From positions 3,224,001-3,288,000 of the forward strand of contig OZ218960.1 in the NCBI GenBank assembly GCA_965112735.1: 64,000 bases of DNA, written 5' to 3'. Positions 34,214-47,667 of this stretch are shown piece by piece; positions within the stretch are counted from its first letter, which is position 1, and each line of letters opens with the position of its first letter. The position numbers and the translations under genes were made by a program. Source of the DNA: Phaeosaccion multiseriatum (Eukaryota > Protista > Ochrophyta, other classes). Under the pieces are notes generated by a model. It was not told where the DNA came from. It did not search any database and saw nothing but the letters and a program-made list of their open reading frames with translations.

Positions 34214-35105
34214 CCAGGCGGGGAGACAGAGGGCGAGCAGCAGCAGCAGCAGTCCCTGCCCCCGATGAAGAAGAGCAAAATGCGGCAGACCCTCGCCGCC
34301 CCTGAGACTCAGGTATCCATGACGTGAGAGAGTCATGTACGGTCTCTTCTTCCTCCCTCCGAGTGTCCCCCTCGACATGTGCATGGACCTGTTGCCTGCC
34401 CTCCCCTTCCAACACTCTGTGTGCTGTGGCCGTCGACCCCCGCAGGCTCTAGCCCGACTGTCCAAAGAACTTCTCACCCTGAGGGAAGATGTGCAGGTGT
34501 GTGTGTGTATGCAGGCGCATGGCTGTGGAGCGCTTTTACCCCTTGTTGGCGCAGCTTATGGACCTGACCCTGATCCCGACCGTCCGCCTCTCTCTCGCCC
34601 TCTCTGTCCCCACTTCTCGCAGCTCGACTTCAGCCTCACGGAGATGGATGCGTACGAGGTGAGTGCGTGGGTGCGTGAGTGTGTGAGCGCGTGAGTGGGA
34701 GTACTCCCGAACCGGCTTGACCAGGACTGATACCATGGCACCGTTGACGCCTTTGACGAGGAGGAAGCACTTGTTTGCTCCGCCCGCTTGCTTTCCACCA
34801 ACCCGAACTGCTTCGTGGCTCAAAGTATATGAGCTTAGAGCTTGCATGGCATTGCCTCCCCCCGCTGCGTGCCCTCCGATCGCCCCTTCTGAATTCTGAC
34901 TCGGAGCCGCCTCCCATCCTCACAAGCTCGGACTGCCATCCCTGGGTTGCGTGTGCGTGTGATGTGATGTGTGACGTGCTCGTGTGCCGTGCTTGCTGCT
35001 GCTCAACAGGTGCCGGACGGGGCTGCTCTCTCCGCCTTCTTCGCAGACTACGGGCTCGACGAGCTGGACAGGAGGACGAGGCAGATCCTTCGGGTGCTGC
35101 AGTAG
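31347..35105 (+). CDS. Pol I-type 5'-3' exonuclease / flap endonuclease (organellar OEX-like), intact; predicted plastid presequence
   Basis: Exons 31347-31788, 31979-32109, 32255-32311, 32455-32606, 32796-32826, 33199-33340, 33789-33902, 34095-34312, 34446-34496, 34623-34658, 35010-35105. Motifs LLIDGS, VFD, FRKTLYPGYKANR, EADD, SSDKD, GDAADNIPGVPGVG. Signal peptide followed by GNA-F. Confidence 0.92.
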
Positions 35106-35396
35106 GGGACTGCTAGGCGACAAAGGCTCGTCTGTCTCGGTGCTAAGACGCGAGGGGCCTGGCGGGATGGAAGGAGTCATCTTCATCCCTCCCCTGCCGG
35201 AAGGGCGGACCCATCTCGGAGCTTGGGAGTCTCGCGGCTCGAGGGTCATACGCATAAGCGCAGATGAGGGAGGGGCGGGGCTTGGAGGGGTTGCTAAAAG
35301 TAGTCTCCTCCGTCCGTGTGATAAAGGCACATATAGTTGTCTTGGTGCGTTCGCCAAGAGTACCAAGGTGGTACGGAATTTGTGTAAGTTTGGGCG

Positions 35397-35991
35397 ACGT
35401 TCAGCGCTTACCTACAAGGGATACCCTCCCACACCTTGACCCTCCCCTCGCCATCCCCCTCCCCTCTTCTCCCCATCCTCTTAATCGTGCCACTCCCGCC
35501 TCCTCACCTTCCTCCTTCCAGACTACAACCTCCTCGCACGTCATCCCTCTCTCTCATCCTACTGCCCTCCTCACCACTCGCTACCCACCACCCAATACTC
35601 TCCTTCCACCTCTTTCCATCGACCTTTCCCACTTCCTCCCTCCCACTCCGCATTGCCTCCCACCACACACACACGTGTCCATAGTCCGCACTCACCTCAA
35701 GGGCACGAATACCGAGTCCGTAAGCTCTCTATAGCCCTGCACAGAGCAGAGGTAGCCCCCGCCATGTCGACAGCAAAGCCCTTTTCTATGCCCGTCGCAC
35801 CCTTCGTCAACACATCTCTTGTAGCCCACATGATCACCAACAGCCAAACACTGGCCCTACTCTCCTATGGCTCCGTTGTAGTCTGGAAGGAGGGAGGTGA
35901 GGAGGCGGGAGTGGCACGATTGAGAGGATGGGGAGAAGAGGGGAGGGGGATGGCGAGGGGAGGGTATCCCTTGTAGGTAAGCGCTGAACGT
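35397..35991. mobile_element. Non-autonomous TIR (MITE-like) element with ~120-130 bp imperfect terminal inverted repeats
   Basis: 35397-35530 (acgttcagcgcttacctacaagggataccctccc...ccagactacaac) is the reverse complement of 35875-35991 apart from a short indel. Both ends carry ACGT, which is either a TSD or part of the TIR. Confidence 0.7.
35692..35856 (-). pseudogene. Degenerate WRKY19-like Cys/His-repeat exon inside the TIR element
   Basis: Translates as GQCLAVGDHVGYKRCVDEGCDGHRKGLCCRHGGGYLCSVQGY, then reaches an AG|gtgagt donor. Confidence 0.65.
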
Positions 35992-36884
35992 GTATGGGAG
36001 GAGGACTGCCTGACGTTAGACCTCTCCGTGCCGAAGGACTCGGTCCGCGCGTCCTCCGCTTCGGGCGCCAAGGTCGAGAAAGAGACTGGAAAAAGCGCAG
36101 CAATAAAGACGGAATGGAAAATACAGCAGGGCCGGGATAAGAAGGAGAGAAGGGAGGCCTGGTCCACAAAAAGTCTACTCATCCACACCGCTGGCTCAGA
36201 GAGAAGCCGGGCTCCAGGGAGACAGGCGCTGACCCGATCCAGCAGTAGCAAGCCGAAGCGAAAATTTCCCTCCCCCCCCCCCCCTGGGAAGACTTGAAGG
36301 CCTCAGCTTTTCCCAGAGGCCTTCTGCAGCAGTGAACCGCCTCCCCCTCGACAGACTTGCTCCCCATTCGCTGCAGACGTTGAGAGGGAGAGATGCAAAG
36401 ACGAGAGGTCAGGCATTTGGCCAGTGGTGGTGTAGCGTAGGAGCGGCTGCCCGAGCAGCGTGTTTAGGAAACTTCGAAGAGCAATAAGCGGGAAATAGGC
36501 TCTGCGAAAATCAAGGCTCGGCTCCGTGTGACCGAATGGTGCGTAAGCGGCTTGGATGACATCTGCGCAAGAGGGCGGGGGAGAATCAGCTCACCCGCTA
36601 ATTGTGTGAGTCGAGGAGGGCTGGTGGAGCCAAAACTGGCATATACCAGCGAGTTGGGCGGGTGAGGCAAAACAGGGGCTTTTCTTGGAACATGAATACT
36701 CAATCGGCTTCTTGTCAATGTGTAGCGTGAACGGGAAGCTTCTCTTCTACTCTCCAATAACCCCTTCATTCCCCCCCCTCCTCGTCTCTTCCTCCAGCCA
36801 TTGGCCACAAGCAAATCCGGCCCACGAGTTTCATTCTCTGTTTCGGAGGGAGGACCACAAGGAGCAATTCGACAGTCTGACAAG

Positions 36885-38335
36885 ATGAGCGGACAGCAAC
36901 AGCGGAACGAGCCTGGAGGAGGGGCCCATAGCACTCGTAAGTCCGGTGCTGCTTTCTGTCTCCGCCCCTTAACCTATTTGCTGTGGTGAGCTTGCTTCCC
37001 TTGCTCTAGAAAGGCTCGAAGTTATCCAACAATAAGGAATCGCTCCACTCATCCTTCTCCCTCTCCTGATCTCGCTTGACGTGTCCTTCGTGTACTGGTC
37101 CACCGCCGCTGGGTTTGCATCGGCTCTTAAGCCGCTGACCTTAGCGAGCTGCTGATACAGCTGTGCCAAGGTAACGCCTGGCAGGGTAACAGTATCGAAG
37201 CTCTACAGCTGGAGAAGATGCGCGCCCTCGTTGAAGCAGGGGCAGGAGCAGATGCGCTCTATTGGGCGTGCGAGAGGGAGCAGATATGGCTGGCTGCCAG
37301 CCTTCTTGAGTGTGGAGCTCAGGTGGACAGCAGCCCTTCCGCCGGCCAAACCCCTCTCCTCGGCGCGGTGAAAGCCGGTCATCTGGAAGTCGCGAGGCTC
37401 TTGCTGCTATGGAGGGCGGACCTGACCATCCCAGACGGAGTGCGGCACAACTCGCCTTTGGCGTGGGCGCTTGAGAGGGGCGATACCGACATGGTGCACC
37501 TCCTTCTCCACAGCAAGGCGCACCCATCGCAGGGGTCCAGCGTGGTGCTGAGCCACCTTTGCTTCGGCGGGAAGCTCTCCGCCCTCCACTGGGCGGCGAG
37601 TGACGACGAGCGCCTGCCCTGGACGTCCATGCTGCTCGAAGAGGGGGCTGACCTGGAGCAGCGGAGCGCAGGCGAGGGACACACGCCTTTGCTCAGAGCG
37701 GTGCGGCACGATGCCAGGCAAACGGTCCACGTGCTGCTGTGCAGGGGGGCGGACATGTTCGCCAAGGACACGAGTGGGAGCAACAGCTTGAGCACGGCTA
37801 TCCAGATGGGTCATCGAGACATAGAAGGAATGCTGCGAGGTGCGTACGTGGTATGGTAGATCAACCACTGCCTGATGAATAGAGTCAAAACGAAGGGCTA
37901 CTCTGGATCGAGTCCGGCTGGCGGCCTGCCTCGCCCACTGCTCCGCATTGCTCTGCGCCTGCACTATAACCAGCCCCGCTCTGCTGCTAAACTGTCAACC
38001 ACCACCGACTGTTCATCCTCTCTCTCGCTCTCCGGTCCTGGGCCTTCTCGCGGGTTGGCAGTCTTTACAGAGCGGAGGCAGGTACCGCGGCCCTCCTCGC
38101 TGCTTCGGAGTCGGGAGGCCACAGCGGCAACGGCGACTCTGAGTCCAATGACACCCGGCCCTTCACATGATGGCCCTCCCACCGTGGGGGCAGGCGGCCC
38201 GCCGGTCAGCTCCACCCCCCCTCCTGTCTTGAAAAAGCTCACTGGCGGGCTACAACAACCGGTGCAAACGTTTCAGGCTCGAAGGTCATCCTCTCGCACA
38301 CCACCACCTGAAACCGCAGCAGCGTCACCAGCAGT

Positions 38336-38370
<35 letters not shown>

Positions 38371-39896
38371 TAGCAAGGGCAACAGCAGCAGCAGTGGCAG
38401 CGGCGGTAGGGGCGGTGGTGCTGCCAACACGAGCACCAACCCCAACCCCAACCCCAAGCACGACCCCAGCACCACCACAACTCGGTGATGCAGCAGAGCC
38501 CTTACGGGTTGCTGGGGGCCCGCCCGCGGGTAACGCCCCGCCTCTGGGGTGTGATGCATACGCTGCAGACTGCTCTTCGCCCACGAGTAGAGCCGCAATG
38601 GCGGCCGTTCGAGGCGGCGAAGAGGCGGCGGCGACTGCCCGGAGTAACGCCGCCCAATTGGCGAAGAGCGTCGCGACACAACGGTCCCGCTCGCCCTCCA
38701 GCGCTTCCATGGAGTCAGATCGCTCCCCTCGCCCCAGCCACCCCCCCCCTCCGCCTTCTTCTTCACCCTCAACGGTCGTTTCGCGGCCACGAGCACCACC
38801 CGGCCCGCTTCCACCACCACCTTCGCGCCCGTGGTGGGCGAGTGCGATCTCCACGCCATTTGTGAAGCTCGGGGCGGTGGCGCGTTCTGCCTGCAGCTCC
38901 TCCTTCTGCTCCTCTTCGACGCGCAGCACACCGTCGTTTTTGGACGATGCGGACTTACTCAGAGAAGCGGAGGCGTCCGTGCAGAAGGCAGCTTTGGCCT
39001 GCCAAGAGGCGAGACAGACTCAACAGATGGAGCTTCCGACGCTGCGTGTCGCAGAGGAGGCCAAGCGATCATCAGAGGCGTCAGGCTCTTCGCCCTCTGC
39101 AGTGCCTGGTGTCGGGCTCAGAGGGAGTACTCCTTTTCATCATCCTCCTCCTCATCCTCGGCGGCCTTCCTTGCGCCTTGGCGGAGGGCGAGAGATGTGC
39201 ATTCACACCGCCACTCCCCCGCGCCCCTCCGCGCGTCGACCACAAGTAGCTCGGTCGCTCTCGGCTGGGGCGGAGAGGATGGCTGAGCAGGATCTTGGCT
39301 ATGAAGACGAGCAGGAGCTGCAGCAGGAGCTGCAGCAGGAGCCGTCGTTCGCTTTCGTCTTCTGTCCCAGCTCATCCTCCGACGACCACTCCACCTCACC
39401 CGGGCGGACCCGCGGTCGCGTCTCTCCCTACCAAGAAGGCCATCACCAAGACGCAAACAGTAATAACAGCGAAACGCCTGGGCAGGGAATGCGAAGGGGC
39501 AGTGGGGGAGAGATTGAACAGCTCCAGGAAGGAGTGATGCCAAGCAGCGCCACTGGCCTCAAGGTTGGCATTCCGCCGTCGTTCTCTGAGTCGCCTCCAT
39601 GCCGTGACTTCCCGGGCTCCGAGTCGGCCGCTCCACTCCCACCGAGGACAGGAGCTGCCCACACTGCTGCTACTGCTGATGCTGCTACATCACCACCAAC
39701 CGCTGCTGCTGCTGCAGGAGCGGCACCCCTGTCGGTCGGTGTCTGGGAGGAGGAGAACGTGGGGCAGGAGGGGCAGCAGCAAGCCCCGCCTTCATACCTC
39801 CCTTCACGGGGTCGGAGCGAGCGAGGCAGGCCCAAGGGGGGAAAGAGACATGACGGAAAGCCCTCCGGGCCTGGCTCTGCTCGACCCGGCCCCTGA
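36885..39896 (+). CDS. Ankyrin-repeat protein with a long low-complexity C-terminus
   Basis: Phase-compatible exons 36885-36936, 37132-37839, 38071-39896. ANK motifs GQTPLLGAV..GHLEVARLLL, SALHWAA, GHTPLLRAV. The first and last exon joins are less certain. Confidence 0.8.
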
Positions 39897-41195
39897 CTCC
39901 TATGTGGAAGGGCGAGAGGGAGGCCCTGCTTCCATTGGACGTCGAGGTTGTAGTCGGGATCAAGAAGAGTGCTGTCGGGCACCGCATAGGGCCTAAAACT
40001 GCAGCGGTCGGAGTGGGCAGGGGTTGGTGGAGTGAGTAGTCGTTAAGTGAGGAGATGTGGGCAAGCACATATGGCGCGGTAGCCGCTCTCTCAGTTGTAT
40101 GCCCAGGTGGCGCTTCGAGCAATGGCCAAGTCCTACTTGGCGGCATGAAGAGTCTGGCTGAGTGATGCAAGCGGCACACACGGCTCGCTCATCATCAATA
40201 TTGAATTAGTGCCTCTCTTTGGGTACGTGACACCCCCTGGTGCAACACCTCGGGCGGCCTTCCATCGGTGCACTCAAACAGTACACTCCTGCTTCCCTCC
40301 AGTCCATCCTCAATTTACGGTGCGGCTCCTTGGCCTCAACCGTACATCGCGGCGCCCACGCCTAGCCTCTTCTGTAGCAGGGACGGCGCAAAGTGGTCCA
40401 AGGCTGCGTCTAACATCCTCTTGTGATGTACCATATGCCTCTACCTGCTCCAGGCTCTTTACCTGCCCCTCTTCTCTCTAGGCGCTTCACAGGTGCTCCG
40501 CAGCCCACAAATCTTGCCAGTGTCAGGCCTACCTCCCGCGCAGCATAAAACATCTTCGCCCAGACCCCCTCCCCGACAACTCACGGCAGGGGCATGGGGC
40601 AGCTTGGGCGTCAGAGGGGCGCACTCGACTGAGAGACTATGCATGCATGCTGACTCTGACTCTGACTCAGGCGTCGAAGAGCGGGAGAGAAGAAGCAGAC
40701 CTTCGCTTCGCTCGCCTCCGATACGGGACGTGCTCGCCCCCTGCCGCACGTCGTGGAGCTTGCGTGGCTTGCCTTAGCTCTGCTCTCCTCTCGGTGCCTC
40801 TCTCTTTGGCCCGTGCGAGTGCGCTGCGAGGAGTGACATGCAAGTCCTTTTGCAAGCTTTCTGGGTGCTCTCTCTCCCTCTCTCTCTCTATCGTTCAAAC
40901 CCGACGGAGTCAGGTCGGCCCACCGGAAGGAATGCGCTCCTTCCCCAGCCGTCCAGTGCCCTCTCTACAAGAGGCGCCCTTCAGTTCTGCCCTCCTTTCG
41001 TGTCGGCGCAGAAGAAAACCCTCCGCTCGCAGCTCCCAGTGCCAATGGTGAGAGAAGGGGCTGACGCGGGATGCGTCGAGCAGAGAATGGAATGAATGGG
41101 CCCCTGTGGGTCTTGTGCCCCTCTCTGGAACTGACCACCATTGGGAATACCATCTACCTCGCCTCCCCGGCTCGACCCCGCAATCTCACAAATCG

Positions 41196-42443
41196 TCACT
41201 TGGGGAGCCTCTTGGCTGCCCAAAGCGTCTTGACCCCCAACGACAGCATGAGGGCCGAGAAGCCGTACTTCAGCCCCCGCTCGGAAACCTTGTCCGACAC
41301 CACCTTGCCCCCCACGAAGGCTCCCAGTGCGGTGCCTGCCGCCAGGGGAAGCACGATGGGTAGGGACAGACTGCCCCTGCCATAGTGGCTGCAGCAGCCG
41401 GCGAAGGCAGGGAGTATCATGGCTGCCAGTGACGTGGCCACCACCTCTCGGTGTGGCGTGTGCGGAGGGAGGGCGTAAGCCAAAACAGGCACCGTCAGGA
41501 CGCCCCCGCCCACCCCAAAGGCGCCGCTGATGGCCCCGCTCATGGCGCCGAGGGCGAGGTACACGGGCACGGACTCGCGCGGGCCCCCTCGGCCGAGAGG
41601 TCCCACTGTCTCTCCCTCACTCTTCATTCTGTCGTCAGCAGGGCGGGAGTAGGGACCAGCGCTGCTGCCGCCGCCACTGCTTGGCTCCTGCCGAGCTGCC
41701 GACATGCGGGCTGCATAGGCTACGAGCTGCTCCTTCAGCGGCAGGAGGGGCGCCACCACAAGCATCAGTACACCGAGCCCCATCTTGAGCCTCGCCTCGG
41801 GCACGTTGGCCACGGCCCTGGCCCCCAGCACGGAGGTCACCATGCCGGACGCCGCCATGGTGCCTGCTGCCGTAAGGTCCGGCTTGTGCCCGGCGGCGAA
41901 GTAGCCAGCGCTTCCGAGTAGGCCCGTGGCTGGGAGAAGGGCAAGGGATAAGAGGGGGAGGGGGGGGTCAGGGACGGGAACGCTTGCCCCCCCTCTGTTG
42001 CCTTTGCAACGAATTCCCCAGTGCTTGTTGTCGCAACACTCTCATCTTTCTCTCCCTATTCTACTCCCTCTCTCCCCTTTCTTAGCTTAAAACCCACCTC
42101 TGCTCCTCTTGTCCGCCCCACCCCCCCCTCCTCCTACAAACTTGCTTCGCTGCGCACACGCATCCTACTCTCAGGGTACCAGTAAGGACACTGCAGATAG
42201 TAGATGGTACGCTCTTCTTCCTCTACTTCTGTACTTCTTTTCCTTTTCTCTTCCCTTTCCGCTCCTTCCATAAACGTCCTTACCAAGCACCCCCCCGAGG
42301 GCGTTCGCGTGGGCCTGGTGCTGCGTCAGGGCGAGCAGGCTGGTCAGACTGGGGATGGCCACAAACCCACCACCCATACCGACGAGGCTACCACACAGCC
42401 CCGCGCCGCTGCCCACTCCGAAAGCAATCGCCGCCCTCTGCAT
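41196..42443 (-). CDS. TauE/SafE (TSUP) family membrane transporter
   Basis: Exons 42443-42284 and 41929-41196. Duplicated GxxGxGGG motifs (GSLVGMGGGFVAIP; SGAFGVGGGVLTVP), VVATS, multiple TM helices. Confidence 0.88.
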
Positions 42444-42707
42444 CTTGTTCAAGGCCGGCGTGCAGTCTCACAGCCCCTCTCTAGTTCTTACCGCGTTCAG
42501 GAAGACAAGCTTCGCAGTGGGTTGTGCTCAATTTCTTCTGCTGGTGGTGCTGCTGCTACTGTTGCTGGGGATAGAGGGGGGGTGAATTGAGGAAGGAACA
42601 AGAGAGTAAGTTCACGTGTTGTTCCGCAAGCCATCTGTGAGACCTCTCAACTGACTTATCGAGGCGGGACCTTTGGCAACGCACACAGAGCAGAGGAGCA
42701 CTCTCCC

Positions 42708-44244
42708 ATGATTGATACCTTGTCTGGGCTGAGCGTAGTACTCACCGCTGCGTCATGTGTTTTTTGTGGATCGAAACGAGCAGCAAACCAACGGATGTAC
42801 GCAAAGACACATCAAGAGAAGGCCAAGGAAAGTGGGTTTTTGGGGGGCTTGGGTGAGACGGAAGTGCAGGTCGTGGACACGCGTTCTGCGTGCCTCATGC
42901 CAGTCCTGGCCAGCTTCTCGCTCATGGTCCTCTTCTTCTTGTTCAGGTATGCAATACTGCCGCTTCTCTTCTATCACTAGACCCTTTTTTTTATAAAGAG
43001 AAAGTCAGGAATTTTGACGAAGCCAACACCGTCCGTTGAGCAGTCAAAACCCTATCCCTTTTTACTAAAACTGGACTCGCTTCTGTCTTTTCTCTCTTTC
43101 CAGATACATCTCCAGCTTTGTTGTAATCTACATCTCCCTCGCCGCGGGGGGAAGCCTCTGCTTCACTCTCAGCCGACCCCTCCGCGGCCTGCGCCTGCTG
43201 GCGCCTCGCGGCTGTGCCTGCTGGACTGACAGAAGAGCCGATATCCTAGCAATTTTTGTCTCCGCCGGGGTGATGCTCTCTTGGTTGGCAACCGGTGGCT
43301 GGCAGCTTAATGATGTGATTGGATGGTGTATCGGCTATACCATGATCGCCCAAGTGCTACGAATCCCCTCATTGAGAGTGGCGGCCGTCTGCCTTGGAGG
43401 TCTCTTTGTCTACGATGTATTTTGGGTCTTCTTCAGCCATCACCTCTTTGGAAAGAACGTGATGGTGGAGGTGGCAACGAAGGCGGCCTCCAGCCCTGTC
43501 AAGCAGGTGTCCGAGGCGCTGCACCTGCCCTTCAGCAGCTTTCTGGTGCAAGACTTGCAGCTTCCTGTGAAACTCATATTCCCCGACATGAGCGGGGGGG
43601 GCTTCCTCATGCTGGGTCTGGGGGACATTTGCGTGCCAGGCTTCTTCATTGCATTCGCCCTTCACTTCGACACCTTCCTCGCTCGAGCCAAGAGCTGCAG
43701 TAGCAGCGACCAGAGCCTAAGCAAAAGGCAACAAACGAGCACTGCTCGGGAGTTGGACGTGGAGGGGCAGCAGCAGTCGGACGACCCCTGGAGCCCCCTG
43801 CTCACGGAAGAGCAGGGTATGCCACCGGGGGCCCCAAGGAGGAGAGCTACAGCGGCAGGGGCGGGGTCAGAGGCGGGGGGTGGGCCTACCGCGAGGAATG
43901 GCGGTCGTAGTAGTGGTGGCATTGCTGGTGGTGGTGGTGGTGGTGGTGGCGGTGGTGGTGGTGGTGGTGGTGGTGGTGGTGGCGGTGGTGGTAAGCAGGA
44001 GCAGTACTTTCGAACGAGCATGCTTGGCTACGTCGTGGGGCTTATCGTCAGCCTCATCATGAGCAGCTCCTTTCAGGCAGCACAGCCTGCGCTCATCTAC
44101 CTCGTACCTGGTGTGCTGCTCCCTCTGGTGTGGAGAGCACGGAGGGACGGGATGCTGGCTCAGCTGTGGCGCGGCTTCGAGGAGGAGGAGCAAGAGGAGG
44201 AGCAAGAGGAGGAGGAGAACGGGGGCGACGACGAGCGGGTCTGA
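42708..44244 (+). CDS. Signal peptide peptidase-like aspartyl protease (A22B, SPPL3-like)
   Basis: Exons 42708-42946 and 43104-44244. YD (FVYDVFWVF), LGLGD and QPALIYL motifs; poly-Gly insert in a loop. Confidence 0.93.
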
Positions 44245-44827
44245 GGCAGAGGTTGGCAACGTGAGAGGAAGCACTCTCTGCAAGGTGGGAGGAAGCCCTC
44301 CCTCCCTCCCTCCAGTACCCATTTCATCTGACTACAACACCATTAGGCAAAAAGTAGTCTTCAGAGGAGGAGGAGGAACACACACACAGCTTTTTTGCGA
44401 TGTTGATGCTTTGCCTAAATTCCAAGGGCGGCTGAAGACTTTCAAGACTCGGGTTATATATCTTTCTCCCTCTCTCCTCTCGCTCTCCCATTTAGTTTTT
44501 GGGGGAAGTTGCTCCAGAACCTCGCCAGCGATACAGTAGCGGATAGCGCGCCGGCTGTCAAGGAAAGTAGCGCTACCCCACTTTTGAAATCGATCTCAAT
44601 CCAGCTCTTTTGGCTTTTTCCCCTCCCTTTTTATAGCCCCTTTGCTCGAGGCAGTCTAAACCCCCCCCCCCCCTCTCTACTCCAAGTCTTCTGTGAATCT
44701 AAGCTTGTAGGGAAAAAATACCAGAAACTTGAGCTGGGCTGGATCAAAAACAAGAGTCGTCGGCGGAGGGAGGGGAAAGAAGACCAGGGGAGGGACCGGA
44801 GATCGGAGAAGGGCAGCAGCAGCAGCC

Positions 44828-45718
44828 ATGGGTCGGCGCAAGAGTACCACGAAGAAGATGAGCACGAAGAAGAACGACAAGCTGGCGAAGGTGTTCAAGT
44901 GCCCCTTCTGCAGCCACGACAACTCCGTGGAGTGCAAGATGGACTTGAAGAGCTCCACGGCGACCCTGAGCTGCCGCAGGTGCGACGTGGAATACAACAC
45001 GCAGATCAATTGTAAGTGCGGCCCGCTGGTGCAGGGCAGGTGTGGCGTTTGCTTTGGGAGCGGACTTGAGAAAGAGAAGGGGGGGGGGGGTGCACAGCGG
45101 AACGACCTGCACAGAGGTGTCGGTGGAGAGGAGGGTAGAGAAGCGACGCATTGATCCAGGGAGTCCATCTTTGATCGAAGCGCGTTTTTCTGGCAGTGCG
45201 TGGCGTTTGCTTTGGGAGAGGAGCGGACTTGAGAAAGAGGGGAATGAATGAACTCAGAGGAGAGGGGGAAAGGGGAGCAACCTAGAGAGGTTGGTTGAGG
45301 GAGAAGAGGTTAGAGACGCGGCGCATTCGCAGAGAGCAGCAATCGAGAAATGTATGATGGAAGCTCATTGGCTTGGCAGTGGCCTCGTCCGGTGTCGCGC
45401 AAGTTGGGATCCGCTGTGGTCCGAAGCCCTGTAGCTCGGCCCATTGTTCAACCCCGCTTCGCAACAAAACAAGCCCCCCCCCCCCCTGCCGCTGTGTTGA
45501 CGGTAGGCCCGCCGCTGACTCTGTGTTCTCTGTCCTACTGCCCTTGACCCGCGCAATCCAATGTCCGGCCGCCCTGCTGCTGTGCACCGCTCTCAGACCT
45601 GTCGGAGCCCATCGATGTGTACACAGAATGGACGGACGCAGCGGAGGCAGAGAACGCCGCCAACGGAGACTTTGATGGAGAGGACGGAGACGGAGACGAC
45701 TTGGGTCTGGAGACATAG
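44828..45718 (+). CDS. ELF1: Transcription elongation factor Elf1/ELOF1
   Basis: Exons 44828-45011 and 45597-45718. MGRRKS..FKCPFCSH..LSCRRC..IN|YLSEPIDVYTEW. Confidence 0.95.
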
Positions 45719-47424
45719 CACTGACGCTCATGTCTAGTACTTGTCGTACATGGTAGCACGCACTCGCGCGGGGGGGGGCACACGGGAGGGAGAGGATGCG
45801 CTTGTCTGCGTCTCGCTGTTCAAGCGTTCAAGCTCTTGATCTGCACTGGCCTTGAAGTGCTTGCCCTTGATTTGGCCTTGAAGTGCCTTGAAGTATTTGG
45901 GGCACAGCAGCGGTGGTAGGGCAGCTTCCGTCGTATCTCCGTCGGCCGCTGCTCGCCTGCTGCCCCATTTGACGCGGCTCCAAGGGAGGGGGGGGGGTAT
46001 TCGCTCATGGCGACCTCGGGCCGCTCGATGGAAGCTCATGGCGACCCGTATGCCTCGGATGACCAGGAGGGTGGATGTCCCCCGCAGTGCGTAGTTAAGG
46101 GCGTGTGGGGTGTGTGAAGCGAGCTGCACATGTTTTCCATGTGATGTGTCTTGTAAGGCAGAATGGAATGTTTCCGAGTTTTAATGGACAGCACAGTCTG
46201 CACACAAGCCTTCGATGGAGACAGTGTCTTGCGTCCAAGACTGTTGGTAATCCAGACTCACCACCAAGTCACGCGGCGCGGCCTCTACCGTTCAAGTCTA
46301 TCCTCAGTCAACCCCTTTGCGTCTCCACACTAGCAGAAGGCAGACTGAGGTGGGGGGTGGTAGTTGGAGAGCAGCATTCTTGGTCAGCCCCTCCGTACCA
46401 CCCTATACGCCTCTGCATGCCGGCCCATAGCCTCTCTATGCCAGCCTCAGGCCTCCAGTGGTACCGCCCATGCCCATCCTCCTCTCTCTCTCGCACTCCA
46501 GCTCCCCCACCCTCTCTTTCGCGTGCCCTGGGGGGCGGAAGTGAGAGGCGGCGGCATCTCTCCTCTTCCTACCGACCTCCGCTGTAAGCACACAGCGGCG
46601 CTGCTCTTCACACCCAACGGGAGAGGGGGCGTGAGTGTGGCCCCAACAACACGACCAAAAGACCAGGGTCCGCGCAGTGCTTCTTCTTCCATCTGCTTCC
46701 CTCCTGTTGGTGCGACATGGTCCATGCAATGCTCTTCTGCTCCTGCTACCGGCGCCTCTGCCGTGCCGTTTTTCGTTCCCAAGGGGTGGGGCGCGCCAAC
46801 ACTACCGTCGAACCTGTCTCTTTTAGGGATGGCCTTTTGCTGTGCGTACCGCACTGGGCACCTAAGCAAGCGTGCTTCTCGGTAAGAGCGGGATCTCGAG
46901 TGGGGCGACTTCCGCATTGCACGCCCAGCTGCAATCTGCAAAGACATGTCTCTCTCAGCCGCCGAGAAGGAAACTGTCATATGCATGGAGGCGGAGCAGT
47001 GGAGCGTGGTCATGGTAAGATGGTGGGGGGTTGGATCTGACGCCGGACTACCTTTTCATTGTGGAGGGCGCACCTGTTCAGTAGAAGTAAGACGGCCAGG
47101 AAGGCAAGCGCTCCTCTCCACGACCCAGCTTCCCCTGCCGCGTCAAAGTATCCAGAAGGGGGGCGCGGTTCACCCAGATTGACCACCTTCAGAAAAGAGC
47201 TTCCTCTCCATCCTCTCGGGTAGAGGCAGTCCTGGGTGTAGGTCTCGGCCCCGGTGCACCGCTGCCGGAGTGTCATATCCTCTCTCTCTCTCTCTTTCTC
47301 TTTCTTTCGTTTTCTCTCTACAACCTGTATCCCTCTCTCCTCCCCACATCCGACGGCGGTTGATGTGGGGATGGATGCTCGCCAGAACGCCAACATCTGT
47401 AGAGAACTTGTGGGCCCCTCTCGG

Positions 47425-47613
47425 ATGATTGTCCATTTCCTAAGCGTTCTCACTCTTCTCGGCATGCTGTCTGCAGTCAGGGGATTCACAACGCTGCTCC
47501 GCCCGTCTGCTCTTGCCTTTGCAGGGGGCCCACGACGAGGGCAAACAAGCCTCAACATGAGCACAGCCGGGGGCCTTAAAGGTGAAAGCCCATGACAAGC
47601 AGTCACACGCTCG

Positions 47614-47667
<54 letters not shown>

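Noticed and set aside
36296-36335. Helitron 3' end or rho-independent terminator
   Set aside because: The hairpin is not followed by CTRR or a U-tract, and the context is eukaryotic.
39900-41190. Short ORFs between the ankyrin and TauE genes
   Set aside because: No motifs; consistent with UTR/intergenic GC-rich DNA.
45734-47280. Possible minus-strand gene (ORFs 45734-46129, 46447-47013, 47010-47277) convergent with ELF1
   Set aside because: No recognisable domain and no consistent splice model. It may be a real orphan gene but I cannot support it.
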